Assembly (NCBI RefSeq): GCF_021869535.1
Contig: NW_026262734.1
Coordinates: 52,204,001 to 52,268,000 of the forward strand
Source: Mytilus californianus
Lineage: Eukaryota
DNA: 64,000 nt
Reading direction: 5' to 3'
In this document: positions 1-11,634 of the stretch, in pieces
Numbering within the stretch: position 1 is the stretch's first letter
Layout of the letters: the number at the start of each line of letters is the position of its first letter
Made by a program: the position numbers and the translations under genes
Notes under the pieces: generated by a model
The model's database searches: none
What the model saw: the letters and a program-made list of their open reading frames with translations, nothing else
Told to the model about the DNA's origin: nothing

Positions 1-1893
1 ATATTAATTGAAGAAGGCTTGAATTGTTTATGTCGAACAGAGCCTATGATAGAATTAAAAAAATGACCATATTTTTTTTTATCAAAAATTGACATCAATT
101 TGTTCATTTTTTTCAAAAAATTTTTTTCAAATTTGTTTACAAACGAATCTTTGTTTTTTACTGATGAAAACCATTTTTGAATGAAGATGTCATTATCACC
201 AACAAATGTAAAATAATATCATATATATGTAAATATTTTTTTCATTAAAGTGGGTCAGCAACTTGTTAATCTTTATTTATGATTTTCGTGCAATTTATCA
301 TATCAGTAACGATGACGACCAAGATATATTACATTGAAGTAAATTCACCCTGAGGTTGACGAAGGCCATCTGAAATACTATTTGCTAAGCAGTGACGGAA
401 TTACACTTTTCCAAAACGTCTAAGATGGATCCCGAACAGCACTTGCTAGACGATTGGCGTCAAGTCATGATTGCAAAAAACTCACATTGAACTTCAAAGC
501 TTAGTGAGCTGTTGATTTGCCCTAACACTTGTTATTTAATATTGTTCATTCATCGTCATTGTTTTATCTATTTCAGGGGAAATGATAAGATGGAGATTGT
601 CTCTCAGACCATTATAGGAGAGATCTTATAATTTAAGATTGTGTTTTAAAGAGCAGTAAAATTTTATTATTTCTAACGTTTGGTCAATTGCTACATGTTA
701 GTGTAATTTAGTTCATACTGCAACTTACTGATATTTGGGGAAACTTCATTAAGATTGAAATAAAAAAGCAACAGTCACAAATATTATCGGGAATTACTTC
801 AGTAAGAATAATTTATTAATATTTTTTTCTCATGCAGACTGTTTTGCATTGTATGTATAGAGAATCATTTCTACTTTGAACTTAACCAATTGTACAAGCC
901 GGCTATTGTTGAAGACAGTGTGTCTCTCTCTCTCGATGTATTTTTTTAGATATATTTGTTGGTGGATAGTTGTTTTATAAACGTAAAGTGCACTTTTTTT
1001 GTTCCTTTGCTCAATATGATTTATGCAATACTTGACGTCGTACACCATTGGTGCAAACACATTTCTATTAACATGTGTAAATGTTTCGTGTTAAAAGTAA
1101 ATTATAAAAAATACCAAACGCCAAGGAAAATTCAAACTGGAAAGTCCCTTATCAAATGGCAAAATCAAAAGTTCACACACATCAAACGAATGGAAAACAA
1201 CGGTCATATTCGTGATTGTATAGCTACTTAATCTCTAACTTGTATGACAGTCGCATAAAATTCCATTATATTGACAACAATGTGTGAATAGACATAATAG
1301 GTAAGACTGTCAAAAAAGGGGTACAGCAGTAAACATTGTGTTATGATCTTAATCACTATGAAAACAAACAAATATATCAACAAAGAAAACAAACTGGCAT
1401 ATCGACAAAGCACATATTCAAAAATAAAAAAACAACATAAATTGACCACAGCACAACAACAAAATGGCTGGGTGCATAAATACGGAGCCACGCAAAAAGG
1501 ATTTTACCAAACATTGACTAAACAGTAAAGATTAATAATTTACAAAGATTAATAAAATTACACTATAACACGTAATTAAGATGATATACAACGTCAGTAC
1601 CTTTCACTCTATACTTCAAGACCATCATATATTAGTTGTGCATATTTATCAATAAGGTCTTAGTATCTTCCGATGAACCTTTTTAGAAAGAGGACGAGAC
1701 ATTTTTTGACATAAACCTGATTCATCAACTTTCTGCTCAGACACTGGTGACGTATTATAAAGTCTGGGTAGCACTTGCAAGCTTTTGAATACTGAATGGA
1801 GTGGTAAATGTATATCCCATATGCAGGTAAAGTTAGTAAACTGCTACTAAAGTGGGGGAAATTGATGATTTCATAATTGAAATCGTCTTGTTT

Positions 1894-2088
1894 ATAGATT
1901 ATAGATAGGAATAGATTATCTTAGCCGTATTTGGCACAACTTTTTAGAATTTTGGGTCCTCAATGCTCTTCAATTTTGTACTTGTTTGGCCTTATATCTA
2001 TTTTGATCTGAGCGTCACTGATGAGTCTTATGTAGACGAAAAGCGCGTCTGGCGAATTAAATTATAATCCTGGTACCTTTGATAACTA
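1894..2088 (+). mobile_element. 195-bp hammerhead-bearing retrozyme-like fragment inserted in the PLE RT (second copy at 2787-2981)
   Basis: Interrupts the RT codons D-K-Q-D-D (empty site atcgtcttgtttgtcatg) and carries an HHR motif. Confidence 0.7.
2013..2054 (+). ncRNA. Type I hammerhead ribozyme motif with a helix III mismatch
   Basis: CGTCA-CTGATGA-GTCT(tatgt)AGAC-GAA-AAGCGCGT-C-TGGCG. Helices I and II pair; helix III is one substitution from the palindrome ACGCGCGT. Confidence 0.7.
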
Positions 2089-2138
2089 TTGTCATGCATT
2101 CTGGTACTGAAACGACCGCTTATGTCAATTTCGAGGTA

Positions 2139-2346
2139 CTGTGGATTCATTTATTTTCGTGGATACCAATTTTCGTGGATTGAGGAAAAATTGCATTTTC
2201 GTGGATATTTAATTTCGTGGTTTTGGCAAAGTTTGTATACATTCCTTTACACAATTAGCAATTCGTTGAACATTTAAATTCGTTGTTCCCCTGTACCCAC
2301 GAAATCCACGAAAATTGGTATCCAACGAATAATAATGAATCCACAG
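2139..2346. mobile_element. 208-bp MITE, Tc1/mariner-type (TA target duplication)
   Basis: About 40-bp imperfect TIRs (ctgtggattcatt...aatgaatccacag), TA on both sides, and an empty site gaggTAtaagtc in the duplicate at ~3026-3037. Confidence 0.9.
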
Positions 2347-2905
2347 TATAAGTCTAAAAACGAGGCAGAGAAAGTCGTGTCTGTTGTTTCTTAATTTCTA
2401 GTTCTAGAGAATATATTAATGGAACCCAAACAGAGAAGTTTGGATTGTTAATGGAAAGAACATCATCAATATATCTGAATGTGAAATTAAATGACCTTGC
2501 TTCTTTGATCGTTTCGTTTTGACAAGTGTCTGAAGGAACTCCAAATCATATGAAAATAAGAAGAGGTCGTCAAGGAGAGGCGACCAGCTCGTTTTCATAG
2601 GAATGCCGACAATTTGGTGAAAAAGTCTACCTCCAAATTCAACAAATATGTTGTCAATAAGAAACATCATCTTACTGATCACTTGTTCTTCGGTGTAGAA
2701 ATGTATATCCCATATGCAGGTGAAGTTAGTAAACTGCTACTAAAGTGGAGGAAATTGATGATTTCATAATTGAAATCGTCTTGTTTATAGATTATAGATA
2801 GGAATAGATTACCTTAGCCGTATTTGGCACAACTTTTTAGAATTTTGGGTCCTCAATGCTCTTCAATTTTGTACTTGTTTGGCTTTATAACTATTTTGAT
2901 CTGAG

Positions 2906-2947
2906 CGTCACTGATGAGTCTTATGTAGACGAAAAGCGCGTCTGGCG
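2906..2947 (+). ncRNA. Type I hammerhead ribozyme motif, duplicate of 2013-2054
   Basis: Identical HHR core including the same helix III substitution. Confidence 0.7.
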
Positions 2948-4717
2948 AATTAAATTATAATCCTGTTACCTTTGATAACTATTGTCATGCATTCTGGTAC
3001 TGAAACGACCGCTTATGTCAACTTCGAGGTATAAGTCTAAAAACGAGGCAGAGAAAGTCGTGTCTGTTGTTTCTTAAATTCTAGTTCTAGAGAATATATT
3101 AATGGAACCCAAACAGAGAAGTTTGGATTGTTAATGGAAAGAACATCATCAATATATCTGAATGTGAAATTAAATGATCTTGCTTCTTTGATCTTTTCGT
3201 TTTGACAAGTGTCTGAAGGAACTCCAAATCATATGAAAATAAGAAGAGGTCGGCAAGGAGAGGCGACCAGCTCGTTTTCATAGGAATGCCGACAATTTGG
3301 TGAAAAAGTCTACCTCCAAATTCAACAAATATGTTGTCAATAAGAAACATCATCTTACTGATCACTTGTTCTTCAGTGTAGAATGTTTTACCTTTTTGTT
3401 CACTATTAACAAAATATGCCGTATGTGATCCCAAAGTAATAAATATATAGCGTATGCTACCATATTTATATTAAAAAGCATTGTGGATAATTTATTTTAG
3501 TTAAAGTTTTTCTTATGCTCAATTAAATTCTTAAACATTCAAAACTGATAAGGAGGTCGCGATCGCAACCCTCTATTACTGATCTAAAACTTGTTCTGTT
3601 GTATTTTCTTCTTTTTGATCCTTCCGAAGATTGTTTGTACTTCAGGATCCGTTTGTGTTTAGTGTCCAACGTGATATATTTGGTGTCGAATGTACAAGAT
3701 ACATCTGTAACTAGTTTTTTTGAGAGCACGTGTCGTGTGAAATAAGTTGTAGCACATTTTTTAAGTGAATGTGTCCAACATCAATTTCTAACACTTCAAT
3801 CATTAGAACATGTGCGTATATTTGAGATGATAATAGGTATATAGATCAATAACATGTTTTTCCTTATTGGATCATATTAATGTATGGAGCAGTTTATAGA
3901 GAAATCAAACCGACATGTGTGTTGGATAAGCGTGCCATATGCCATGCGAGATATATTTTGTGGTACCTCACCTGTCTGGCTTTTCCATGACTATTAATCT
4001 GTTTTTCTTAATTTAGAATAACATATTGTAAAACGATCAGTTTAAAAAATAAAAAGGTTAATAAAATACAAAACACAAAAACACAAAACACAGAAAAAAA
4101 GTTTCTTAGACATATCATACCATACATACATACATAACAGAAAATAAAAACAAATAGTTTTATTATTGGGTATTTATTCTTAATAGAACCGTATCATGAA
4201 CATACAGCGTAATACAAAATGTTTACCCATATAAGAAAGCCTGAATATGACTATTATATGAATGAGCAACAAACATTGTTTTATTCTTTGTGGTTTTATC
4301 TGTATAAATATAAGAAGATGTGGTTTGATTGCCAAAAAACGCATCTCTGTAAGATACAAAATGTCGTAGATTTAAGCACGTATATGTCACCGTACGACAT
4401 TAAGCAATGAACAAAACTCATGCCTTACAAATGTAGTACGCTATGAAAGGCCCCGAAATTACTAAGTGAAAACAATCAAAACTGAAAACTAACGGCCTGG
4501 TCAATAAAGACAACTATGAACGAAAAAAAGAATATGATAGACATCGACCAACTACAATAACTAAATTACAAGCTGCTGGCCTTGGATTTTTTATCACCGA
4601 GTACTCACGATTGATTTATTGATTTATTGTTTGTTGTCCTCTATTTCAAGTTGCATATATGTTTTTCTGATACTGCCACCGTTTTTCCCCCCGTTAAGTA
4701 TAAAACCACAATTACAA

Positions 4718-6600
4718 ATATACTGTTAAAAAAAAGAAACGCATAGCTCGGATGATTTTTTCAAAATGCAAAATATATATCTTACAAGGTAAAATGAAAC
4801 GGTCAATTGTATCTTCGAATTTTTACAGGTAAGTTTTATACTTTAAATACCCGTTCTTTTTATTTGGCTGTCTGCCGCATGGAATTTGGAAATCGCTTAA
4901 AGTGCAAATGACCTTTTTTGCCGCGACATTTTGCTAACCTTTTTCATAAGCATTTTGTGGTCAATTCAATTGTTACACTTTTGCGCATATAAGGATCAAG
5001 TTTGAAATGTTTCTTCACAACGTTAACACGCTGCCATGCCAAGGTTGGAACTTGATATTCAAAATGTGGTCATCGGCTGTCTTCAGACCGGAGGGTATCA
5101 AAGTAAATTAGCAAGAACTTGAAACGTTAACCAGAACACAATTTCGCGACATTGGAACAGATACCAGCAAACTGATTGTACTAAGGACTGCCGGATAAGT
5201 GGACGACATCGCCTAACGTCTCCTGGACAAGATCGCTACATCCGTGAATTTCATCTACGGAATCGAACCGTTACTGCAACAACCACTGCAGTTTGGGTAC
5301 CAGAATTGAGAGAAGATTCATCTCACAAACAGTCCGCAATTGACTGCGACAACATGGCGTTACACGCAGGAGATCGTATTTTGAACCCGTTTGAGGCCGT
5401 TACACAGACAGAATAGAATCCGATGGTAAAACAAATTGAGGGGCTGGAAATTCCGCAACTGTCACCGAATCTGGTTCAGTGATGAGTACTACTTTATGCT
5501 TCAAAAACGTGATGGAAGAACTCGTGTCTACCAGCGCATCAATGAACGTTTTGCTTCCTCGTGTGTACAAGAAGTGGACATCTTTGGTGGAGAAAGTGTC
5601 ATGATATGGGCGGTTATCTCTATTGACAGTAAAACCTAATTGGCAAATGTTCCGGGTAATTTAACGACACAAAGGCACAGAGACGAAATTATTCCACCTT
5701 ATCTTATATAAAGAATAAGGAGATGTGGTATGAATGCAGATGAGACAACTATCCTCCAAATCATAAATAAAGAGGATGTAAGCAATTATAGGCAAGCGTA
5801 CGGCCTTCAACAATGAGAAAAAACCATGCCATATAGTCGACTATAAAAGGTTTAATCATGAAAAATATGAAACAATTCAATTGAGAAAACTAACGGCCTA
5901 AATTATAACAAAACATTTTACGAAACAAAAAACGACAGACGTGAACCAACGACAACCACTGAACTACAGGCTCCTGACAGGTGACAGGCACATGTAGAAT
6001 GTGGCGGGGTTAAACATGTTTGTGAACGCTAAATCCACCCCTAACCTGGAACAGTTGTGTTGCAACAAAAAATAAGAACAAACTAAAAAAATCAGTTGAA
6101 AAGGGCTTAACACATCAGAGAGCCAATTATAGCTTATACAAAATCATGCTTTTCAGTTTAATGGCCATAAATTCACATCAAATGGATATATGAATCTTTG
6201 AAAAACATTACCTTTTGCAATACATCAATATAAGTATTGACAGAATGAATGGCCTACCTTGAGCAGAACAACATCAATGTGCTACCTTGGCGTTCCAAAT
6301 AACAGGACTTGAAACCTATTGAGCATCTATGGGACCAACGGAATAAACGTATGTGCAAGCGTCAACCTCCGCCTCAGATCCTTGATCAGCTCCGAAAAAT
6401 GTTGCAACAGGAATGGCGAGCAATTCCACGTAACAACATTAGAACATTGATAGCATCCAGACCAAGGGGATACGTAGTAGTCTTACCATCGAAAGGTGGT
6501 CATACACGGTACTTGCTTTAATGGCACCGGAAGTAGTTCTAATTGTGATAAATTGACAGTACTATTTCATACTGTAATGGTCATTGAAATATTTTGTCCT
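4718..6600 (+). mobile_element. Degenerate Tc1-family DNA transposon (transposase ~5036-6521)
   Basis: MPRL... start at 5036, IWFSDE, GGESVMIW, VLPWRSK*QDLKPIEHLWD, KGGHTRY. Multiple stops and frameshifts, an internal insertion at ~5710-6135, and no 3' TIR seen. Confidence 0.85.
5710..6135 (+). mobile_element. Non-coding interspersed repeat nested in Tc1 (family aagaagatgtggtatg...acaggctcctga)
   Basis: Splits the transposase between PYLI and QNHA. Related copies at ~4310-4580, 26700-27180, 33310-33600, 60890-60980 and 63830-63915 (minus). Confidence 0.65.
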
Positions 6601-6656
6601 TCCTTTTCTTAGATTCATTTCAATTTATTTTGATCAACTTGAACATATATGTTTAT

Positions 6657-6956
6657 AATGACTGACCTTTATAAATATTTGTGTAGACTATTGATTTTAT
6701 TTGTGCATGATTTGTATCTGTTCTTGTGTTTTTGATTATTATGAAGGACCAACAATGGCGATTGCATACACAATTATAAAGTGTGTCATATCGAAAAAAG
6801 CACACTGTTCAAAGTATCTAGTTTACGCAAATCTCATACCGTATTTCTTGCATTCCAAATTTTTGACGACACACTCGACCTCGGATGAGTCGAACCTCGG
6901 ATGAGTCGAATACTTTGGTCCGGTCCCTTCGACTTCGACACAACGAGGTTCGACTG
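6657..6956. mobile_element. Truncated MITE with a CAGTCGAACCTCG-type (pogo/Tigger-like) TIR at its right end
   Basis: ...caacgaggttcgactg followed by TA; internal repeats cctcggatgagtcga. Absent from the homologous site in copy F. No left TIR found. Confidence 0.5.
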
Positions 6957-7323
6957 TACATATTAGCAAAATGTGAAGAATTAACTATCAAGAGTTTATG
7001 AATAATGAAGTCAATAGAAACAAATGATAGAAGGTGCTTCTCTAATGATTTATTCTAATAATGCTGAGTGTAATGTTCCGAATGAAATTACACGAGAGAA
7101 AGTGATTCAAATTGCTTTTCACATGTTTTATGAAAATTTCTCAACCGGATCAAAACTGGTTAAAATGCATACATTATTAGAGAAACTTATCAGTGTTAAC
7201 TAATTTTAAAGAGGATTGTGTTCGATACAAGTGTAGTTAATCCAATCATAAGTAGGATATCGTTTCACTTACACTACCATGTGTAGGTAGGTATTAAACG
7301 TTTACACGCTTAAAAATAATAAA

Positions 7324-7420
7324 TCTTGCAATCTGATTGGTAGAATTAACCTATAGGTTTTCAATAAGAAAAAGTATAAAACGTTAAACTGAAAATACAT
7401 AAAATAATTACTTCAGTTGT
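7324..7420 (+). promoter_or_regulatory. Core promoter of copy A
   Basis: TCTTGCAATCTGATTGG (7324-7340, inverted CCAAT), TATAAAA 7375-7381, Inr-like TCAGTT 7413-7418. Confidence 0.65.
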
Positions 7421-7444
7421 TTTTCTTATCAGTGCGTGCTTTAA

Positions 7445-7837
7445 ATGGATATTTCAGCTGGAATTGCGAGAATGTTTAAAAACTACGAAAGATTCTCCTG
7501 TGACAAACATTTGCAAAAAGATTGGATAGAAATTTTCAATTCAATTGTGAAAGCTGATTCCGTGAAAACGAAGCGTCTTCTGGAGAAACAAGCGGATGTT
7601 AATAATAAAACTAATCTCAAAACAACAATCTTAATGTTGATATGTCAATCTTTTCCCGCCAAAAAAGAAGATGACGTGTATTCTTTAGCGATGTATTTGC
7701 TTGATAGAGGAGCAGATGTAGATGAAGTTGACGTCTTTGGGAAGACCGCTATACACTATGCAGAAAGCAATGGATTTTCAAAAACTACAAAATTACTTTT
7801 GGCGTGTTCATTGATAGACCAATTCAACCTCGTATAA
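7445..7837 (+). CDS. Mini-ankyrin-repeat protein, copy A (130 aa, single coding exon)
   Basis: ATG ORF with ANK motifs LLEKQADVN, YLLDRGADVDEVDVFGKTAIHYAESNG. 18 aa differences from copy C. Upstream inverted CCAAT and TATA; downstream AATAAA. Confidence 0.85.
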   Translation: MDISAGIARMFKNYERFSCDKHLQKDWIEIFNSIVKADSVKTKRLLEKQADVNNKTNLKTTILMLICQSFPAKKEDDVYSLAMYLLDRGADVDEVDVFGKTAIHYAESNGFSKTTKLLLACSLIDQFNLV

Positions 7838-8227
7838 GCCAAGATACGTTTCATGTCATATAAACATTTCTACAGATGCCGAAACATTGCTGACAAATAT
7901 TCATATAGCATATTTCATCATTTGTTTTGCTCATAGGAAAAGGATTGATATTTTAGAGACTTGAATAAACTTTGTCTATTATATAGATAAGTATATAATT
8001 TTTTAACAAGCTCTATTAGAAGTATTTTGACCTTGTTAGCCTCGGTGAATATCATATATCTGGGATTGATAAATCATTGTTTAAACTCATCAAAAGTCAA
8101 TAATTGTATATTACATTCCATTTACTCTCTTTTCTGTTTTGTTTACATATATTCGTGTACCTGTGTTAAATTAACTTGTCTGTTTGAACAATACAGTATA
8201 TATTTTATCATCATTTACAAATTAAAT

Positions 8228-8265
8228 TATGTACATTGTATATCTAAATAAACAAAATAAAAGAT
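8228..8265 (+). terminator. Putative poly(A) signal of copy A
   Basis: tgtacattgtata followed by AATAAA at 8247 and 8256; context aataaaagat is shared with paralogs. Confidence 0.5.
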
Positions 8266-8949
8266 CATGTAGATTTTACAGTGTTTTCATTCAACGTACA
8301 AAAAGTGATGCACTCGATCTTTATCATACATCATCTTGACTTTTAAAATTAATTACATTTTTAAACATCCCGCACTGACGAGCGTCACCAATAATGCACA
8401 TACATTTTAAAGTTAGAGTTAGAGTTGACCAGACAATCATTCAAAAATATATTTCAATAAATAAACAAATTATGTTAGAAAAACCCCTGAGATACACAGT
8501 AAGAGCCTAATTTGTGTCTAGTATCTGAATTGTATACATTATCCTCTTTTGCACAAATTAACAACTTTACATCGAGTTGCCTATAATACATGAATATAGC
8601 TACGATGACTTGATAAAAAATCTGCATGCATCTTATTTTAACATCTTGTAAGTCAAACCAGGTTTCTTATTTTTCAAGAATGAATCGAAATCATTCCCAA
8701 AATATCTATTTTTGTCACGTAGGGTTCAAAATGGGAACTGTGTAGTCCAAATCCTGTCATATTTTGCTGCACTAAAATTCTGTTCGCCCATTACAGATTT
8801 CAAAATAGAAAGCAAAATGGGAAACAAATCTGTGATTCAGGAGAACAACTTCTAAAAGGATTCGAATTTTAATTTCGGTCATGTTCACCCCCTGTTGTGG
8901 TGGGGTGCGGGATGCTTAGTCCATCTAGTTTCTACATGTCTATTTTCTG

Positions 8950-9245
8950 TTTTTTATACTGTTGTTTTGATTGTTCTCCCATTTTTTGCCATGGCGTTGT
9001 CAGTTTTTCTTCGACTTATGAGTTTGAATCTCCCTTTGGTATCTTCCGCCTCTCTTTGACATGTTTGACGTATTTGTAAATCTTATTTCCTTACTCAGTT
9101 TTTCTTAAAAGAGGGGCGAAAGATACTAGAAGGACATTCAAACTCATAGATCAAACATAAACTGACAACGCCAGGGCTAAAAAAGAAAAAGACAAACAGA
9201 AAAACAATAGTACACAAAACACAACATAGAAAACTAAAGACTATT
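8950..9245. repeat. Head-to-head pair of the gaaagataccaaagggacattcaaactc interspersed repeat
   Basis: Minus copy at ~8950-9058 and plus copy at ~9108-9245. Other family members at ~20195, 39118, 42868 (+) and ~17700, 29270 (-). Confidence 0.7.
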
Positions 9246-10483
9246 TTTTTTGTTTTACTATCTTTTTCTTCACACCATTATCACATCAATGTGTTGTTAA
9301 TGTATCTTTCTCGTTGAACGTCGATGAAGATAGTGCATAAGTGACATAAACAAAACAAAAACCAAAAATATTATTAAGAACTGCCCTATTCCATGTACCT
9401 CTAAGATTTGAAAGTCACATGGAAATTCAACAGTTCAGTCACCGATCTTCAACACTAAACATGAAACAACAGCATTAAAACATCAAACATGTTTTCCAAC
9501 TGGCAGTATGTCCATTTTAATGTAGGTAATCCGATTATGAAGAGAATCGTGATCTTCAGATTAAGGTTAAAAAAGTGTAAAAATAGAAGTCGGTTTACAC
9601 TGATTCCTGTTTTGTGTTCCTCACACAGCTCTATTTATTCTCAATAATTTGTGTTAAGATTAGTGGTTTTCTGTACTTTTCCATTTGAATCTTTAGAAAG
9701 TACGTAGATGCGTCTGGTTTGAGATGCGACACAATATCTTTGATGTCTCTTGTAGGGAAAGTACATTTTTTCCCGTATTTAAAAAAAACTTGCCATACCG
9801 GTTACAATAACTTCTTCCAAAGCCAGATGTTTGCCCTTACAGCATACCCTCGTCCCTAGTAGCAGTCCCCATTTCACTTCCTTAATATCGATTTTTTTCG
9901 TTTTGAAGATCAAATTAAATGTTTATAATTGAGTATTGTCTCGTCTTTAACATGTTGAACATTCGTGAACATCTGCCCAACCAATATATATTTCGCATAT
10001 TTTAATGTTACTTTGCTTTCAACATTTGATTATATTAGTTAACTATCTAACCATGCTAACATGCCATCTGAAAACCTGCTTTAAAACATTCAAATGTGAC
10101 ACTCTTCTATTTATTTTGTTAAAATAGTCGTCCTCTTATGAACACAAAATTTTCTCATGAATAATCATTTGTCTAAAATTGTCAAGATAGTAAATTCAAT
10201 CGAGCATCTGTTGGGAGTGAAGTGAAAATTTTAAAATAGAGTTATTAATAAACTATAAAAGAGTGTTCGTAGTTTAATTTTATGCAAATAACTATTCCTG
10301 TACATTAACGTCTAGACAAAAACAATGTTTAGTCGTACTAAATTTAAACTTCACCATATATATTTTGAAAAGTGTGTGTCGGAGAGGGACAGAAGTGTTG
10401 TCGTGCTTTTTTGGTTTTGTTTTATGGTGACTAACGGAACACTAAAATCTGCAGTCAATTATAATAGATAGATCATTGACATT

Positions 10484-10830
10484 ATGCTTCAAAAGAAACA
10501 GTTTAAAAGTCAATGCAAACTGCATGTCCTAAAGAAGAAGTCATATTAGTGCAATTTTCTTGCAATTCCGTCAAAACCTTCTAAAATTGCTTATGAATAC
10601 AGATACCGCTCCTCTTGAGAACAAATTCCACGAAACTTTTGTAACACATATCAGATGCCACGAAAGTTTTGACGCAAAATAGGACGATTTAGAAGAAAAC
10701 TCAATTGTTGTGTTCATAAGCGTTAAACTTAGTAAAAAGTTATTTTTATTAACAAATTCGTATTAAGCGAAACAGGATTTTACCAAAGCTGCATTGATAG
10801 TCAAATAGTACAAACGAGGGGATATAAAAA
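10484..10830 (+). pseudogene. Probable decayed paralog of the mini-ankyrin family
   Basis: Collinear matches to copy A: attccgtcaaaac (SVKT, ~10565), in-frame KLL...RCHESFDAK*DDL vs RLL...ICQSFPAKKEDDV (~10585-10692), ggattttaccaaagct (~10775), gcattgatagtcaaat (~10791). Contains stops and indels. Confidence 0.45.
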
Positions 10831-11161
10831 AGAAGTGTGATTAACAATTCATTGTTTATTAAGTATCGTATCAAATATCACCAGAAGACTTGAAAAAATA
10901 ATTAATTTTATTAATCCTTTTTCCTCTACATGTGAACATGTGAATAGATACTGACACTAACACGGACAACACGTTTTCTAATTGATGGTGTGTAGTCATA
11001 GTATTTTTTCGTGGATTAGTAATCATCAGATTATCATCACATTAAAACAATGTGAAATTTGTTTCTCTTTTACTTGAGTTTTATTCTATTTCGTTAAACA
11101 TGGTATCAAGGATCTATCTATTTAAATTGACTGAAGACTTGAGAGTTCCGAAAGTCACACA

Positions 11162-11162
<1 letters not shown>

Positions 11163-11208
<46 letters not shown>
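11163..11208 (+). repeat. Pure poly(A) tract, 46 nt
   Basis: Uninterrupted A run. Confidence 0.9.
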
Positions 11209-11209
<1 letters not shown>

Positions 11210-11634
11210 ACAAGGCAACATATTGGTCCCTTCAATTCTTTATTTCTTATAAAGCCAAGTTAATGGTACAAAGAAAGATATTTTTACATATACATGATAT
11301 AATAACATACAAATTCTGTGCATGACAAGTTTGAACAAAACGAGCATAAAAAGATGAGAGATTGATGATCAACCTGGAGAACACACTTCTGTATTGATAA
11401 TTTTGATTAATTTACACAAATTTTCCAATACCCAAATATTTTTGGAAATAAATAAAATGCCGAATTTAAAACGAACCTTCGGCCAAACCCTATTCAAAGT
11501 GTATATAGTGCAGTTCAAATTTGGTACGACTGATTAATGTTTTATCAAGACCTGAATGTAAATGGCTAATTATTTTTTGTTCATTAAACTATGAAACTAT
11601 TTTCTGTTTCTTAACTTTATTTTTTTAAGAGAGG

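Larger units (their letters stand above)
1808..3384. repeat. Tandem duplication of a ~683-bp unit (1808-2700 and 2701-3384)
   Basis: Near-identical copies offset by 893 bp; the left copy is longer by a 208-bp MITE plus TA. Confidence 0.9.
1609..3490 (-). mobile_element. Penelope-like element RT fragment (disrupted, partly duplicated)
   Basis: Minus-strand FLIDNIFVEFGG...QIVGIPM...PLLADLFL. A frameshifted continuation gives FRYIDDVLSINN, then DKQDDFNYEIINFP...PAYGIY...RKLMNQVY (RT thumb). Confidence 0.8.

Noticed and set aside
350-520. ANK-like translation VDEGHLKYYLL...RTAL...HDCKKL
   Set aside because: In-frame stops are shared with the homolog at ~32875 and the frame is not conserved at ~47270. 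At most a very old relic, and not supportable.
3523-3729. Minus-strand ORFs in the unit-shared block (also 38509-38730)
   Set aside because: Reading frames and stops differ among the five homologous copies.
8027-8251. Cys-rich hydrophobic ORF also present at 28281-28547
   Set aside because: TTG start and no in-frame ATG in copy A. It lies in the 3' UTR, and about 18 of 74 residues differ between copies, as expected for neutral duplicated DNA.
8376-8400. CTGACGA and CTGATGA cores here and at ~29821
   Set aside because: No helix II followed by GAAA, so not hammerheads.
9400-9880. Coding-like minus-strand stretches
   Set aside because: Interrupted by stops, with no recognisable motif.
11052-11252. 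Poly-lysine ORF
   Set aside because: Artefact of the A46 tract.
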